This document shows, one piece after another, positions 1 through 9,583 of a stretch of DNA of 64,000 bases. The DNA lies in the NCBI GenBank assembly GCA_001464715.1, contig LNDT01000013.1, positions 19,823 to 83,822 of the forward strand, in the 5' to 3' direction. The position numbers and the translations under genes are program-made. The notes under the pieces are model-generated. The model was not told where the DNA came from. It was given only the letters and a program-made list of their open reading frames with translations, and searched no databases. The DNA comes from Bdellovibrionales bacterium Ga0074137 (GTDB lineage Bacteria; Bdellovibrionota; Bdellovibrionia; Bdellovibrionales; JAMPXM01). Positions within the stretch are counted from its first letter, which is position 1. Every line of letters begins with the position of its first letter.

Positions 1-361
1 CTAAGGCCAGTGGTGCGCCTTGGATGACTGGGCCGGAGGGCGTGTTTCCTTGGTTGTCGCCACGGCTTGTTTGATCCCCGCCTCTTATGTTGATCGCGAC
101 GCGTTCGATATCGATGGTCGTCCGTCCGCCCGCGAGACCAAAACAGACGACGACGTCGGGTCTGAAATGATCCATCTCACTCTTTAAACGTTTGAAAGCT
201 CCATCGAAAGTTACTGGCAAGATTACGCCGCGGACATCAAGCGCTGACCCGCCGGGAACGAGCGTATGAAAGTCGCAAGAGTTTACGTGCTGAGCGATCA
301 GCGCGGAGGGATTTACTTTTTCATCGAGAAAAGGTTCAAAGCCTGAAACGAGAATCCGCAT
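1..361 (-). CDS. pcp: pyroglutamyl-peptidase I (pyrrolidone-carboxylate peptidase), N-terminal ~120 codons; gene runs off the left edge
   Basis: Not in the ORF track because it has no stop inside the window. My translation of the minus strand from ATG 361-359 gives MRILVSGFEPFLDEKVNPS...GVILPVTFDGAF...FRPDVVVCFGLAGGRTTIDIERVAINI... This has the GFxPF start and the ERVAIN catalytic-Glu region typical of Pcp. The ATG abuts the stop (362-364) of the upstream gene. Confidence 0.75.
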   Translation of the reverse strand, partial: MRILVSGFEPFLDEKVNPSALIAQHVNSCDFHTLVPGGSALDVRGVILPVTFDGAFKRLKSEMDHFRPDVVVCFGLAGGRTTIDIERVAINIRGGDQTSRGDNQGNTPSGPVIQGAPLAL

Positions 362-979
362 TCACCAGCATCCTTGCGCTTCAAGAAACGTCGCAAGCTC
401 GGGATTCTCAAGCTTTCGGGCCCCTTGAGCGAGTGAAATTTGTCCTGGCTTTGGCTGACCAAGATCACAGGGTTTTTTGTTAGTGAACTTGACCTGTTTA
501 ATTTGCTCATCGAGGCCCGCTTCCATCATCACTTGAATTGGCTGCAAACCAAGTCCGTCCAGCTGAAATGGATTCGCGCCGGCGCGAAGTAAAATATCAA
601 CCGTCTTTTCAAGCTTTACACCGCGGCCGAGTCCTACAAGCGCATACATCAGAGAAGCCAACCCATCTCGATCGGGCTTGTTGGGATCAGCCCCTTTTTC
701 AAGAAGCCATTGCACGGTTTCTGGATTCGAATGGCGACTCGCCATCATCAAGGCAGTAACACCCACCGATGACGTTTCATCGATTGGCTTTCCGCCCTGA
801 AGCATTCCTTCGAGGACTGGAATGTCTGCGGTTCTTGCCGCCAAGAACCACGGATCAGATCCCGGACTGTCCTCGGATGGCTTTTGAGTCGAAGCACACG
901 AGAGAGAAACTGTGACGACAAAAGCCGCGATCACGGCCCCCGCAAAAGTCCGCGAAGATTTTGTACTTGTGAATATCAC
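362..979 (-). CDS. ankyrin-repeat lipoprotein
   Basis: 205-aa ORF with a signal peptide and lipobox (VTVSLSC). ANK-type repeats are present (GVTALMMASRHSNPETVQWLLEKGADPN; DGLASLMYAL...LLRAGANP). Confidence 0.7.
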   Translation of the reverse strand: MIFTSTKSSRTFAGAVIAAFVVTVSLSCASTQKPSEDSPGSDPWFLAARTADIPVLEGMLQGGKPIDETSSVGVTALMMASRHSNPETVQWLLEKGADPNKPDRDGLASLMYALVGLGRGVKLEKTVDILLRAGANPFQLDGLGLQPIQVMMEAGLDEQIKQVKFTNKKPCDLGQPKPGQISLAQGARKLENPELATFLEAQGCW

Positions 980-3900
980 TAGAGATTCCTTCTGTACTGT
1001 CCGCCCACTTCATAAAGCGCTTGAGTCATCTGAAAAAGAGAACAAACGCGCGCCGCTGTCATCAGCGCTCCGAAGATATTTTCCCCGGCCAACGCCGCAT
1101 TTTTCAGAGCCGTCAGCGCAGAGTCGGACTCAGAGGCATGAGCCGACTGATATTTTCTTACGCGGTCGAGCTGCAAATTTTTTTCTTCGTAACTCGCGCG
1201 AGCCATTTCGATTTTTGGTGGCTCGTAGCCAGCCGCCAAAGTTTTTTGATTGATGAAAGTGTTGACGCCAATCACCGGCAGCTCGCCAGAATGTTTGAGA
1301 TGCTCATAAAGCATCGACTCGTCCTGAATTTTTCCGCGCTGGTATTGAGTTTCCATCGCACCCAAAACTCCGCCACGCTCGTTGAGGCGCATAAATTCTG
1401 AAAGGACTGCTTCTTCAACAAGGTCCGTGAGCTCTTCGAAGAAGAAAGACCCTTGCATCGGGTTCTCGTTCTTCGCCATTCCGAATTCTTTATTGATGAT
1501 AAGCTGGATCGCCATCGCGCGACGAACACTCTCTTCGGTCGGCGTTGTGATGGCCTCATCGTAAGCGTTTGTATGAAGGGAATTGCAATTGTCGTAAATC
1601 GCCAAAAGCGCTTGAAGCGAAGTTCGAATGTCGTTGAAGTCGATCTCTTGCGCGTGAAGAGACCTTCCGGAAGTTTGAATGTGGTACTTCAGTTTTTGCG
1701 AGCGATCTGCGCCCTGGTAAACGTCGCTCATTGCAATTGCCCAGATCCGGCGAGCCACACGACCAATCACAGAGTATTCAGGATCGAGTCCGTTAGAGAA
1801 GAAGAACGAAAGATTCGGGGCAAAATCATCAACCTTCATTCCACGCGAACGGTAATACTCGACAAAAGTAAATGCATTCGACAGCGTGAACGCCAGCTGC
1901 GAAATCGGATTCGCGCCGGCTTCAGCAATGTGGTAGCCCGAAATTGAAACAGAATAGAAATTTTTAATTTGCTGCTCGATGAAATACGACTGGATGTCGC
2001 CCATCATCTTCAATGCAAAATCGATCGAGAAGATGCACGTGTTCTGACCCTGATCTTCCTTTAAAATATCGGCCTGAACCGTGCCGCGCACATTTTGAAG
2101 CGTCCACGCTGAAACTTCGGCATGTTCCGTGGCCGAAAGTTTTCGACCGAGTTTCGTTTCTTTCAGGCCCACCTGCTGGTCGATCGCGGTGTTCATAAAA
2201 AACGCGAGAATCATTGGGGCAGGTCCATTGATCGTCATCGACACCGAAGTGTTCGGCGCACAAAGATCAAACCCCTCATAAAGCCGCTTCATATCGTCAA
2301 GAGTACAAATCGAAACACCCGACTCGCCGACTTTACCAAAAATATCGGGTCTCGTGTCAGGATCTTGTCCGTAGAGAGTCACTGAATCGAAAGCCGTCGA
2401 GAGACGATTGGCAGGCTGACCTTTGGCCAAATAATGAAACCGCGTGTTCGTTCGCTCCGGGGGGCCTTCCCCGGCAAACATGCGCGCAGGATCTTCACCG
2501 TCTCGCTTTAGCGGAAACACGCCGGCCGTAAATGGAAACTCGCCAGGCACATTTTCAAGTCTCAAAAACCGAACGCGGTCGCCCCAATCTTTTACTTTCG
2601 GGGTCGCGACACGGCGGATTTTTGTTCCTGAAAGACTTTGGCGTGTCATCGGCTGCTTGATTGATTTTCCGCGGACTTCGTAAACGTAGTCGTCGGCTTC
2701 ATAGCGGCGGATGAAATCATCCCAGGAATCAAGCTTTCGAAGCATTTCTTCGCCGAGGCTTTCGCGCCAAACTTTTAAGTTCTTTTCATCGACTTTGACC
2801 ACTTCACTTAAAGTTTGAGCGGCACCAAGCTTAGTTGCACTCATCGCCATCGATTCTGTGTCCGCTTTGTAGCGACGTACACTCGATGCGATTTCAGCCA
2901 AGTAGTTTTGTCTTTCGGGCGGAACGATGGTCGATCTCTTGACGCCTTTTACCCGAGACCGGTACTCGTCCGACAATTTCCAAAACAATTTCTTCTCAAC
3001 ATCGCCATTCTTCGCAGAAGCCTCACCAAGAGCTTCGCTCAAAGCAAAAAACAGCGAGTTACAGCCTTCATCGTTGAACTGCTGCGCCTGGGTAAGAAAC
3101 ACGGGAAGCCTTCGGTCCGCTTCGTCGCTGGGAGCTTCAAAGAGCTTTCTTGAACGACGAAACTGCTTGCGAACATCGCGAAGTGCATCCTGGGCGCCTC
3201 GGCGATCTGCTTTATTGATCGCGATGAGGTCCGCAAAATCAATCATATCGATTTTTTCAAGCTGCGACTGAGCACCGAATTCAGACGTCATCACATAGAG
3301 GGTCAAATCTGATAGTGTCGTGATTGCGTTCTGTGCCTGACCAATACCGCTCGTCTCGGCAATCAACAGATCAAAATCGTAAGCTTTCAAAAATTCGAGC
3401 ATCTTGGGAAGGCTTGCTGCGATTTCACTTCCAGATCCACGACTGGCCACCGACCGCATGAAAGCACCGGGCCGAGACAATGAGTTCATGCGAATGCGGT
3501 CACCTAAGAGTGCACCACCCGTCTTTCTTTTTGATGGATCAACGCACACGACGCCGACTTTGAAGTCAGGGTACGCGTTGAGTAGTCGCTGCAAAAGCTC
3601 ATCGACCAAAGAGGACTTTCCCGCCCCTCCGGTACCGGTGACACCCAGAACGAGCGGTGCCATTTTCGATTTGCGTTTGAATGTTTCAAGCCGTTTCAAG
3701 GTCTCCGAAGATATCTCGGGGTTTGAACTCGCCGACATTTCGATGGCCGTCAAAGCTTCACCGAGATCGCGACTTGGGATCATCGAATTCACTGACGACG
3801 CCCCGTTGGTCACGGGCTTTGAAGGTGATTTCGGTTTTTTCAATGGATCAAAATCACAGCCCTCGATGATTTGGTCGATCATACCTTCAAGACCAAGCTT

Positions 3901-4287
3901 TCGTCCGTCATCGGGATGAAAAATTTGAGCGATGCCGTAGGCCTCAAGCTCGCGTTTTTCATCGTAAACAATGACGCCGCCCCCACCTCCATAAATTCGC
4001 ACGTGGGAACTTCCAGCTTGGTCGAGCAAATCTTTGGCGTACTTAAAGTACTCCATGTGTCCACCTTGGTAACTCGAAAGACAGATTCCTTGAGCACCTT
4101 CTTGAAGAGCTGCCGTGACGACATCAAGTACCGAGCGGTTGTGTCCGAGGTGAATGACTTCGGCGCCGGCGTCTTGCAACAGACGCCTCATTAAATTGAT
4201 GCTGGCGTCGTGCCCATCAAACAGCGACGCGGCTGTGACAATACGAATGGCGTTTTTAGCTTTGTAGCGCGGCTTCGAAGTTTCCAT
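979..4287 (-). CDS. icmF: fused isobutyryl-CoA mutase (B12-binding domain + MeaB-like GTPase + mutase barrel)
   Basis: 1102-aa ORF. It has an N-terminal cobalamin-binding motif (DGHDASIN), a central P-loop (GVTGTGGAGKSS) and a C-terminal acyl-CoA mutase substrate domain. This three-part architecture is diagnostic of IcmF. Confidence 0.85.
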   Translation of the reverse strand: METSKPRYKAKNAIRIVTAASLFDGHDASINLMRRLLQDAGAEVIHLGHNRSVLDVVTAALQEGAQGICLSSYQGGHMEYFKYAKDLLDQAGSSHVRIYGGGGGVIVYDEKRELEAYGIAQIFHPDDGRKLGLEGMIDQIIEGCDFDPLKKPKSPSKPVTNGASSVNSMIPSRDLGEALTAIEMSASSNPEISSETLKRLETFKRKSKMAPLVLGVTGTGGAGKSSLVDELLQRLLNAYPDFKVGVVCVDPSKRKTGGALLGDRIRMNSLSRPGAFMRSVASRGSGSEIAASLPKMLEFLKAYDFDLLIAETSGIGQAQNAITTLSDLTLYVMTSEFGAQSQLEKIDMIDFADLIAINKADRRGAQDALRDVRKQFRRSRKLFEAPSDEADRRLPVFLTQAQQFNDEGCNSLFFALSEALGEASAKNGDVEKKLFWKLSDEYRSRVKGVKRSTIVPPERQNYLAEIASSVRRYKADTESMAMSATKLGAAQTLSEVVKVDEKNLKVWRESLGEEMLRKLDSWDDFIRRYEADDYVYEVRGKSIKQPMTRQSLSGTKIRRVATPKVKDWGDRVRFLRLENVPGEFPFTAGVFPLKRDGEDPARMFAGEGPPERTNTRFHYLAKGQPANRLSTAFDSVTLYGQDPDTRPDIFGKVGESGVSICTLDDMKRLYEGFDLCAPNTSVSMTINGPAPMILAFFMNTAIDQQVGLKETKLGRKLSATEHAEVSAWTLQNVRGTVQADILKEDQGQNTCIFSIDFALKMMGDIQSYFIEQQIKNFYSVSISGYHIAEAGANPISQLAFTLSNAFTFVEYYRSRGMKVDDFAPNLSFFFSNGLDPEYSVIGRVARRIWAIAMSDVYQGADRSQKLKYHIQTSGRSLHAQEIDFNDIRTSLQALLAIYDNCNSLHTNAYDEAITTPTEESVRRAMAIQLIINKEFGMAKNENPMQGSFFFEELTDLVEEAVLSEFMRLNERGGVLGAMETQYQRGKIQDESMLYEHLKHSGELPVIGVNTFINQKTLAAGYEPPKIEMARASYEEKNLQLDRVRKYQSAHASESDSALTALKNAALAGENIFGALMTAARVCSLFQMTQALYEVGGQYRRNL

Positions 4288-4373
4288 AGGCCCGGAAAAC
4301 TATCAGAAAACAATCAGTAAGGCGATAAAGCTGTCGCACACCCAGCGACTGCCGCGAGGCATTATCTAGCGCG

Positions 4374-5210
4374 CTAGCGGCCTTCGAATTTGGCGGGTCG
4401 GCCTTCGATAAAAGCTCGAACACCTTCGTTTTTATCTTCCGTCTTAAAGATTTCCCCAAACAGGGTCGCCTCTAGTTCAAGAGCCGCGGAAACCGACAGA
4501 CCCCGCCCCTCGTGAACCGACTTTTTGATCGACTTCAAGGCCAGTGGCGCCTGCTGCACCATGAGTGCCGCTGTTTCGAGTGCGGCCTTTAGCGCTTCAC
4601 CGTGGGGGACGACGCGAACGACAAGCCCCAAAGACATTGCCTGTTCGGCCGAAATCATCGCTCCTGTCATTGAAAGTTCCAGCGCCTTTGCTGTCCCCAC
4701 CCGGCGCGGAAGTCTTACAGTTCCGCCAAATCCTGGAATGAGGCCGAGTTTACATTCAGGAAGACCAAACTTTGCTTTTTCACTGGCGATGATCATGTCA
4801 CACGCCAGAGCCAGCTCAAGACCGCCGCCCAATGCAAATCCATTCACAGCTGCGATGACAGGTTTCGACATTTTCTCAAAACCAGAAAAAACCGCCTGGC
4901 CATCTTTTGCAAATTTCAAAGCGTCACCGGGCGACATTGCTTCGAAACCTTTGATATCGGCGCCAGCGACAAAAGCTTTTTCGCCTTTTCCGGTCAGCAC
5001 TAAGACACGCGCCGTCGGATCTGCATCGACGATTTCGATCAATTGAGCCAGCGAATTGAGGCTGTCGGCGTTCAGCGCGTTCAGTGCTTCCGGACGACTG
5101 AGTGTCGCGACCACGATGGGGCCCGCATCGCCAGAGGCAGTACCAGAGGCACCGGATAGACCTTCGCGAGTGACTTCAATATTTTTAAGATCGATCTTTC
5201 CTAGATTCAT
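4374..5210 (-). CDS. enoyl-CoA hydratase (crotonase family)
   Basis: 278 aa with the crotonase signature (VLTGKGEKAFVAGADI...AAVNGFALGGGLELALACD). Confidence 0.85.
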   Translation of the reverse strand: MNLGKIDLKNIEVTREGLSGASGTASGDAGPIVVATLSRPEALNALNADSLNSLAQLIEIVDADPTARVLVLTGKGEKAFVAGADIKGFEAMSPGDALKFAKDGQAVFSGFEKMSKPVIAAVNGFALGGGLELALACDMIIASEKAKFGLPECKLGLIPGFGGTVRLPRRVGTAKALELSMTGAMISAEQAMSLGLVVRVVPHGEALKAALETAALMVQQAPLALKSIKKSVHEGRGLSVSAALELEATLFGEIFKTEDKNEGVRAFIEGRPAKFEGR

Positions 5211-5237
5211 ACATCACCCTGCCGGCCGAAATAAATT

Positions 5238-6110
5238 TTAGTAAGTGTATACGCCGCGACCTGATTTTCTTCCAAGCCATCCCGCTTCGACGTATTTTAC
5301 AAGAAGCGGACACGGTCGGTACTTCGAATCTCCAAGACCGTCGTGAAGCACGTTCATGATCGCAAGACATGTGTCGAGACCGATAAAGTCCGCAAGCGTG
5401 AGTGGCCCCATCGGTTGATTTGTTCCAAGCTTCATCGCTTCATCAATGCCTTTTGGCTCCGCGATACCCTCGTACAATGCATAAAAAGCCTCGTTGATCA
5501 TGGGCATCAAAATGCGATTGACGATAAATCCCGGCATATCGCGACCTTCGATAAAAACCTTCCCCATTTTTTCCGCCAGAGCGGCCACTTGGGAAAAAGT
5601 TTCTTTCGACGTTTGAAGCCCACGGATTCCTTCAACCAATGTCATTAAAGGAACAGGATTCATAAAATGCATCCCTGCGACCTTTTCAGGACGCTTGGTC
5701 GCAGCAGCAATTTTAGTGATCGAAATTGAAGATGTGTTCGTGCAAAGCAAAGCTTCAGGTTTTGCGACTTTATCAAGTTCAGCGAAAATTTTAAGTTTTA
5801 GATCGACGTTCTCGGTCGCGGCTTCAACGATAATATCGCACGTGCTTAAGGCCGAAAGCTCGGTCGATGTTTTGATGCGGCCAAGAAGTTCAGTCTTGCC
5901 ACTTTCCGTCATCTTCTCTTTTTTGATCAATCGATCGCAGCTTCCGGCAATTGTTTTCATCCCGCGCTCAAGCGCCGCTGCCGAAACATCAACCATCAAA
6001 ACCGAAAGGCCACTTTGTGATGCGACTTGCGCAATTCCATTGCCCATTTGACCAGCGCCAACAACACCCAACATCGAAACCATAGAGTACCCCCTCGTTC
6101 GAAAAACCAA
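5238..6110 (-). CDS. hbd: 3-hydroxybutyryl-CoA / 3-hydroxyacyl-CoA dehydrogenase
   Basis: Rossmann motif GVVGAGQMGNGIAQV plus the 3HCDH C-terminal domain. The track ORF begins with a non-ATG codon. The internal ATG at 6083 (MVSMLGVVGAG) is the more likely start. Confidence 0.85.
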   Translation of the reverse strand: MVFRTRGYSMVSMLGVVGAGQMGNGIAQVASQSGLSVLMVDVSAAALERGMKTIAGSCDRLIKKEKMTESGKTELLGRIKTSTELSALSTCDIIVEAATENVDLKLKIFAELDKVAKPEALLCTNTSSISITKIAAATKRPEKVAGMHFMNPVPLMTLVEGIRGLQTSKETFSQVAALAEKMGKVFIEGRDMPGFIVNRILMPMINEAFYALYEGIAEPKGIDEAMKLGTNQPMGPLTLADFIGLDTCLAIMNVLHDGLGDSKYRPCPLLVKYVEAGWLGRKSGRGVYTY

Positions 6111-6145
6111 ATCTAGTTAACAAAGGGATTTGATCGGCTCAAGAC

Positions 6146-7393
6146 CTATTGAGGCACGTCAGGAGAAAAGCGTAAGACAAATTCAACGCGGTGGTTCTCG
6201 CTAGATGCTGATGTCGCCCCCGCCGTCGCGCCCAAGGGAGCCTCGCTCCACTCTTTAGTGAACATCAATATCGCTCGAAGTGAGCGTTTTAAAGCACCCG
6301 GCAAAATGTAGTACTGAAGACCGAGGCCCGCTTCATGGACAAGATCGCCAGAAATCTGGGTGTCGGGATCCAGAGCTTCGCCTCGAAAAAGAAATCCCCA
6401 TTTCAAAAACGGTTCGTACTCAAGATCAAAGCGAAGCGCTCGAAGTCGGCGCGTTCTTGCGTCTTGCAGAATTTCTCCGCCAAAGGCTTCTAGCTCAAAT
6501 CCAAAGCGACGATCGGTCGGGCTTCCTCGCCCTCCTTCGCCAATGACCCAATCCGAAACCATGTGAAGACCGCCAAAGCGCAGTCGCGAAGATTGATCGG
6601 GATCAAGTTCAGAAATTGTCGATGCTGTCGAGCCCGCGGGATGTGTTGAATCAGGTGTCGTGCGACCGACTTGGCCACTGGCCCCCCATCGCCACTGAAC
6701 TCGGTCCGTGCGCAAGCGATACTCCCACCGCGCCGTCATCCAAATCTCGCGATCGCGATCTTCTCCACCTTCACCATTGTGAACATACCAGTCCGAATAA
6801 AATCCTCCGGCCGAGACCGTATAACTTAATCCGACATCGCGAAGTCCAATCAAACCTCGCCGAAGAATCAAAGGTCTTAGCCATGAACGCTCGGATTCAT
6901 TTCCATCTTCAAGACCGAATGCGAGTGGAATCAGTCCAAAACGAAAACGCCCCCAGTTGCCACTGACGCCTGCGAAAGCATCGACCAAGGCGGGATCCGA
7001 TGATCGTTCGACATTTGAAAGCGGAGCATAGCGCTCGGGACGAGAAACGAGTGATCTTGTTCCGATAGAAATCTGCGCTTCAATTCCGGTTTGAATTAAA
7101 CCTGAAGGCGAATTCGTGGGCGATTCAGAAGTCCATCCCGTCCAGCGACCGCCAAAGCTTGCGCTCCCTTGAGAGAATCGCCCGTCTTTGGGATCTCTGT
7201 AGCTGGCACCTGTTTCGATCCATGGAGAGAGCCACTGAAATTCGCCCCAACGCTCGCGGCTCTCGCTGGCATTCGCGACGCCTGGCCGTGCGATAAAAAC
7301 AACGACCGCAAGGACCGCAAAACTGCAGATCGCCATCTCGACCAAAGAATAGAAATCGCCGGAATCGGTCCTATCTCGACGCATCAAACTCAT
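6146..7393 (-). CDS. hypothetical secreted / outer-membrane beta-barrel-like protein
   Basis: The track ORF runs to 7612 but overlaps the divergent gene. The internal ATG at 7393 (or 7384) precedes a signal-peptide-like segment (AICSFAVLAVVVFIARPGVANA). The sequence is Gly/Trp/Arg-rich with an alternating pattern, and I recognise no family. Confidence 0.45.
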   Translation of the reverse strand: MSLMRRDRTDSGDFYSLVEMAICSFAVLAVVVFIARPGVANASESRERWGEFQWLSPWIETGASYRDPKDGRFSQGSASFGGRWTGWTSESPTNSPSGLIQTGIEAQISIGTRSLVSRPERYAPLSNVERSSDPALVDAFAGVSGNWGRFRFGLIPLAFGLEDGNESERSWLRPLILRRGLIGLRDVGLSYTVSAGGFYSDWYVHNGEGGEDRDREIWMTARWEYRLRTDRVQWRWGASGQVGRTTPDSTHPAGSTASTISELDPDQSSRLRFGGLHMVSDWVIGEGGRGSPTDRRFGFELEAFGGEILQDARTRRLRALRFDLEYEPFLKWGFLFRGEALDPDTQISGDLVHEAGLGLQYYILPGALKRSLRAILMFTKEWSEAPLGATAGATSASSENHRVEFVLRFSPDVPQ

Positions 7394-7428
7394 GTCTTTC
7401 ACGTTACCGAGTGAAACTAGAGAGGTAA

Positions 7429-8763
7429 ATGCAGAAATTGATTTCGAGACCATACATATCGGCTTCAACGGCAATGCTCTCACTGTTGGCGACAGCGGTG
7501 ATTGTGACGTTTGGCCCGCCCACCGCGGCCGCCGATATTCCGGTATATCTAAAACACGACAGTCGTTTTCCCTCGGGCCTTCATCCGAAAACGTGGCTCG
7601 AAGCGCGCACAACTGAAACTCAGATTCAACGTTGGTTTCGCGTCGTCTCGGGTAAGACGTATGGGTGGCTCGCCGAAGACCATGTGCTTTCGCAGATCAA
7701 ACTCACATCGATTGCTCGCACGATTCGCGAAGAGCCCGACCGTTCGGCACCACAGATGGATTCGTTGAGAACAACGCGCATCCCAAAAGACTCACAAGTT
7801 ATCCTTCTTGAAATTCTGGGTTCGTGGTCAAGAATTCGTGTCTTAAGCGAAACGGCTCCCAACCATGACAGCTGGATTTTGAACGAAGCTCTTGTGCGCA
7901 ACAAAGGAAACCAGATTCAACGCGGATTTACATTCCAAGAGACTCCGCTCAGACTTGCGCCAAACTTCAAAAAACCACCGCACGACCGCTTCCCCGCTTT
8001 TAAGGAGATCGCCATCCTGAACACAATTCAGGCCGATGGCGTCTCGTGGATCGAAGTTCAAGCCGAACAGAGTTCCGTGTGGCTCGAGAGAAAAAATATT
8101 TGGCTCTCGCAAGATCTCAGTGATGGCACAGTTCGACCACTTCAGTCAGGTCTCGAACTTCGTTCGTCTCCCCTTCCCCATGCGGATGTCTTAAAACGCC
8201 TCGACGGAACGGAAACACTTAAGATCGTCGATTCAAAATACCTGCGCTGGGGAAAAGTTAAAATACCAGAGCACGGTTCGCTTTGGTGGCCGATCTCTGA
8301 GGACAAAACAGAAGGTCCCGACGCAATTCCACCGCTAAAACTTTCGACCGAAGATCTGGTGGGACGAAACATCTACGATATGGCGCTAAGTCCCTCGGTC
8401 CCGGGACTTCGTTTTGCCAGCGCGCGCGGACTTTTCCGAAGCCGCGACGGGATTGAATGGTCAATCATTCCAAAGTTTGATTCCGACAACTACCCCATCA
8501 GCGTAGCTAAGAATGGTCTTCTCTTTGTAGGCCCCTACGTTTCTGCCGATAACGGCGAAAAATTTGAACAGTGGATTCGGTGGGACCGCCTGATTGAAAC
8601 AATCAAACGCGGCACCGGATCGCCCCCAATGAAACTTCGTCTTTCTGCTCTAAAGTCCGTCGACGATGACGGAAACGCAATGGAGCTGGTGCTGGATGTC
8701 GGACGCTCAAAACCAGTTCGCATCGGAACAAGTGACCGTGGTTTGACCTGGAAGTTACTCTAA
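7429..8763 (+). CDS. secreted protein with Asp-box (BNR) repeats
   Basis: 444 aa with a signal peptide (LSLLATAVIVTFGPPTAAA). The C-terminal part has S-x-D-x-G-x-x-W Asp-boxes (SRDGIEWS, SADNGEKFEQW, TSDRGLTW). Confidence 0.5.
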   Translation: MQKLISRPYISASTAMLSLLATAVIVTFGPPTAAADIPVYLKHDSRFPSGLHPKTWLEARTTETQIQRWFRVVSGKTYGWLAEDHVLSQIKLTSIARTIREEPDRSAPQMDSLRTTRIPKDSQVILLEILGSWSRIRVLSETAPNHDSWILNEALVRNKGNQIQRGFTFQETPLRLAPNFKKPPHDRFPAFKEIAILNTIQADGVSWIEVQAEQSSVWLERKNIWLSQDLSDGTVRPLQSGLELRSSPLPHADVLKRLDGTETLKIVDSKYLRWGKVKIPEHGSLWWPISEDKTEGPDAIPPLKLSTEDLVGRNIYDMALSPSVPGLRFASARGLFRSRDGIEWSIIPKFDSDNYPISVAKNGLLFVGPYVSADNGEKFEQWIRWDRLIETIKRGTGSPPMKLRLSALKSVDDDGNAMELVLDVGRSKPVRIGTSDRGLTWKLL

Positions 8764-8788
8764 GCGGACTTTGGGATCTCTTCCGCCT

Positions 8789-9583
8789 TCACGGCCTTTG
8801 GTCACTTCGCGCTCTTACCTGAAGCTCTTCGTAGGCCATCACCATCGCCTGTCTTGTTCTCTCCAGAAGATCACCAACAGATGTGGCTTCCTTATCGAGC
8901 GGATAAATCGGATCCAAGACACGAACTCGAATAGTCCGGGTCAAATAGCCAAGATTCACAAGTAGTTTACCTTTCGGCAAAACCCGGTTGGCCCCTTCGA
9001 CGACGACCGGCACAATTGGGACGCCTGCGTTCACCGCGAAAATAAAAGGACCTTTTTTAAAAGGCGCAAGAACAGGATTCGCTTGTCTTGAGCCTTCTGG
9101 AGCGAGGGCATAAACGATGCCTTGTTTAAATTTCTCGGACGCCATTTCATAAATGCGGAACACTTCGCGCCGGTTCTCGCGCGCAATCGGCAGGCAACCT
9201 GAGACACGAATAGCGGGACCAAAAAATGGAATTTTAAAGAGCTCGATCTTTGCGCCGTACCGCACCAGGCGCCTCGAAGAACCCGTGATGGCCGGAATGT
9301 CGAAATGACTTTGATGATTGAAGGCGAGAACAGCTCCCCCAGAGGTCGGGATTTTTTCAAAACCTTCTGCCAAAACACGCACACCAAAATATCGAAGTAC
9401 AATCTGCGACCACAACCACATATGAAAAGTGATTTTCTCGTCCCGACCAAAAGCTCCGTAAATAATAACGGTCACGCTTGTTGCGATGGTCAGAATCGGA
9501 AGCAGAATAAAAACAAGGATCGCTCGGATAAAGGTGAAGATATACAGCGGGCTAAAGAGTTTCATTGGAAAGTCCCAGGACAC
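8789..9583 (-). CDS. plsC: 1-acyl-sn-glycerol-3-phosphate acyltransferase
   Basis: 264 aa with the acyltransferase H(X)4D motif (NHQSHFD) and a PEGSR block. The alternative start at ATG 9565 (MKLFSPL) is equally possible. Confidence 0.8.
   Translation of the reverse strand: MSWDFPMKLFSPLYIFTFIRAILVFILLPILTIATSVTVIIYGAFGRDEKITFHMWLWSQIVLRYFGVRVLAEGFEKIPTSGGAVLAFNHQSHFDIPAITGSSRRLVRYGAKIELFKIPFFGPAIRVSGCLPIARENRREVFRIYEMASEKFKQGIVYALAPEGSRQANPVLAPFKKGPFIFAVNAGVPIVPVVVEGANRVLPKGKLLVNLGYLTRTIRVRVLDPIYPLDKEATSVGDLLERTRQAMVMAYEELQVRARSDQRP

Noticed and set aside
8732-8744. GTGACCGTGGTTT, an 11/13 match to the 13-mer near the end of the 444-aa secreted protein gene.
   Set aside because: It is produced by the codons of a conserved Asp-box (T-S-D-R-G-L-T-W) and lies far outside the cluster. 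Protein-level conservation explains it adequately.
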